IMG/VR virus record: IMGVR_UViG_2711768053_000014
Location: 1 to 36,325 of that record
Length of the DNA: 36,325 nucleotides
Direction: 5' to 3' (one strand)
DNA from: a virus
Taxonomy: Duplodnaviria > Heunggongvirae > Uroviricota > Caudoviricetes
Shown here: piece after piece, positions 35,579 through 36,325 of the stretch
Layout: every line of letters begins with the position of its first letter
How positions within the stretch are numbered: the stretch's first letter is position 1
The notes under the pieces: model-generated
What the model saw: only the letters and a program-made list of their open reading frames with translations
Told to the model about the DNA's origin: nothing
The model's database searches: none
Made by a program: the position numbers and the translations under genes

Positions 35579-36325
35579 ATGGAACAAGCGCATACCCAGC
35601 TGATTGCCCAACTGAACGAGCGTATTTTAGCGGCGGATAACACGCCGCTTTATATTAAGTTTGCCGAAACGGTAAAAAATGCCGTGCGCAGCGGGGTGCT
35701 GGAGCATGGCAATATTTTGCCCGGTGAGCGTGATTTAAGTCAGTTAACCGGCGTTTCGCGCATTACGGTGCGCAAGGCGATGCAGGCGCTGGAAGAAGAG
35801 GGTGTGGTGACGCGTTCGCGCGGTTACGGCACGCAGATCAACAACATCTTCGAATACTCGTTGAAAGAAGCGCGAGGTTTTTCTCAGCAGGTGGTATTGC
35901 GCGGGAAAAAGCCCGATACGCTATGGGTTAACAAGCGTGTCGTGAAATGTCCCGAAGAAGTCGCGCAGCAGCTGGCGGTCGAAGCAGGAAGTGATGTCTT
36001 TTTGCTTAAGCGTATTCGCTATGTCGATGAAGAAGCGGTATCGATTGAGGAATCGTGGGTTCCGGCGCATTTAATTCATGATGTTGATGCCATCGGGATT
36101 TCACTTTATGACTATTTCCGCAGCCAGCACATTTACCCACAACGTACGCGTTCCCGCGTTAGCGCCCGGATGCCGGATGCCGAGTTTCAGTCACATATTC
36201 AGTTAGATAGCAAAATACCGGTGCTGGTGATCAAGCAAGTGGCGCTTGACCAACAGCAACGGCCTATTGAGTACAGCATTAGCCACTGTCGCAGCGATCT
36301 ATACGTTTTTGTGTGCGAGGAGTAG
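35579..36325 (+). CDS. yegW: GntR/HutC-family transcriptional regulator (host gene), yegW-like
   Basis: 248-aa ORF with an N-terminal GntR-type HTH (...ERDLSQLTGVSRITVRKAMQALEEEGVV...) and a C-terminal effector-binding domain; outside the prophage end; symbol from memory of E. coli YegW (248 aa), not verified. Confidence 0.6.
   Translation: MEQAHTQLIAQLNERILAADNTPLYIKFAETVKNAVRSGVLEHGNILPGERDLSQLTGVSRITVRKAMQALEEEGVVTRSRGYGTQINNIFEYSLKEARGFSQQVVLRGKKPDTLWVNKRVVKCPEEVAQQLAVEAGSDVFLLKRIRYVDEEAVSIEESWVPAHLIHDVDAIGISLYDYFRSQHIYPQRTRSRVSARMPDAEFQSHIQLDSKIPVLVIKQVALDQQQRPIEYSISHCRSDLYVFVCEE

Overview
Nearly the whole window (1..~35490) is a Mu-like transposable prophage, with the Mu rightward genes lying on the window minus strand. 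Reading the minus strand from high to low coordinates: ner, transposase A, B, a kil-like ORF, early accessory ORFs, gam, gemA, mor, a lysis cassette, terminase/portal/head genes, sheath/tube/tape-measure/baseplate genes, two tail-fibre plus chaperone pairs, com and mom (mom runs off the window start). The repressor c is divergent on the plus strand, and the Mu left end (terminal TGTATTGATTCAC on the minus strand) ends at about 35490. The last ~830 bp are host DNA carrying a GntR/HutC-family regulator gene (yegW-like). Departures from the Mu paradigm worth following up: (1) only one Mor/C-family activator is present, and the slot where Mu has the late activator C is filled by a signal-peptide protein of unknown function; (2) there is no gin invertase or invertible G segment, but instead two directly oriented fibre+chaperone pairs, including a 1035-aa lambda-Stf-like fibre with an internal duplication; (3) the endolysin is a GH108/PG-binding type rather than Mu's signal-anchored lysozyme; (4) an identical 27-bp terminator-like hairpin occurs at two operon boundaries. 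No rRNA, tRNA or CRISPR array was seen. All assignments are from reading the ORF translations and recalled similarity to Mu proteins; no database search was run. CDS coordinates follow the supplied ORF track; hand-located motifs are good to about ±2 bp.
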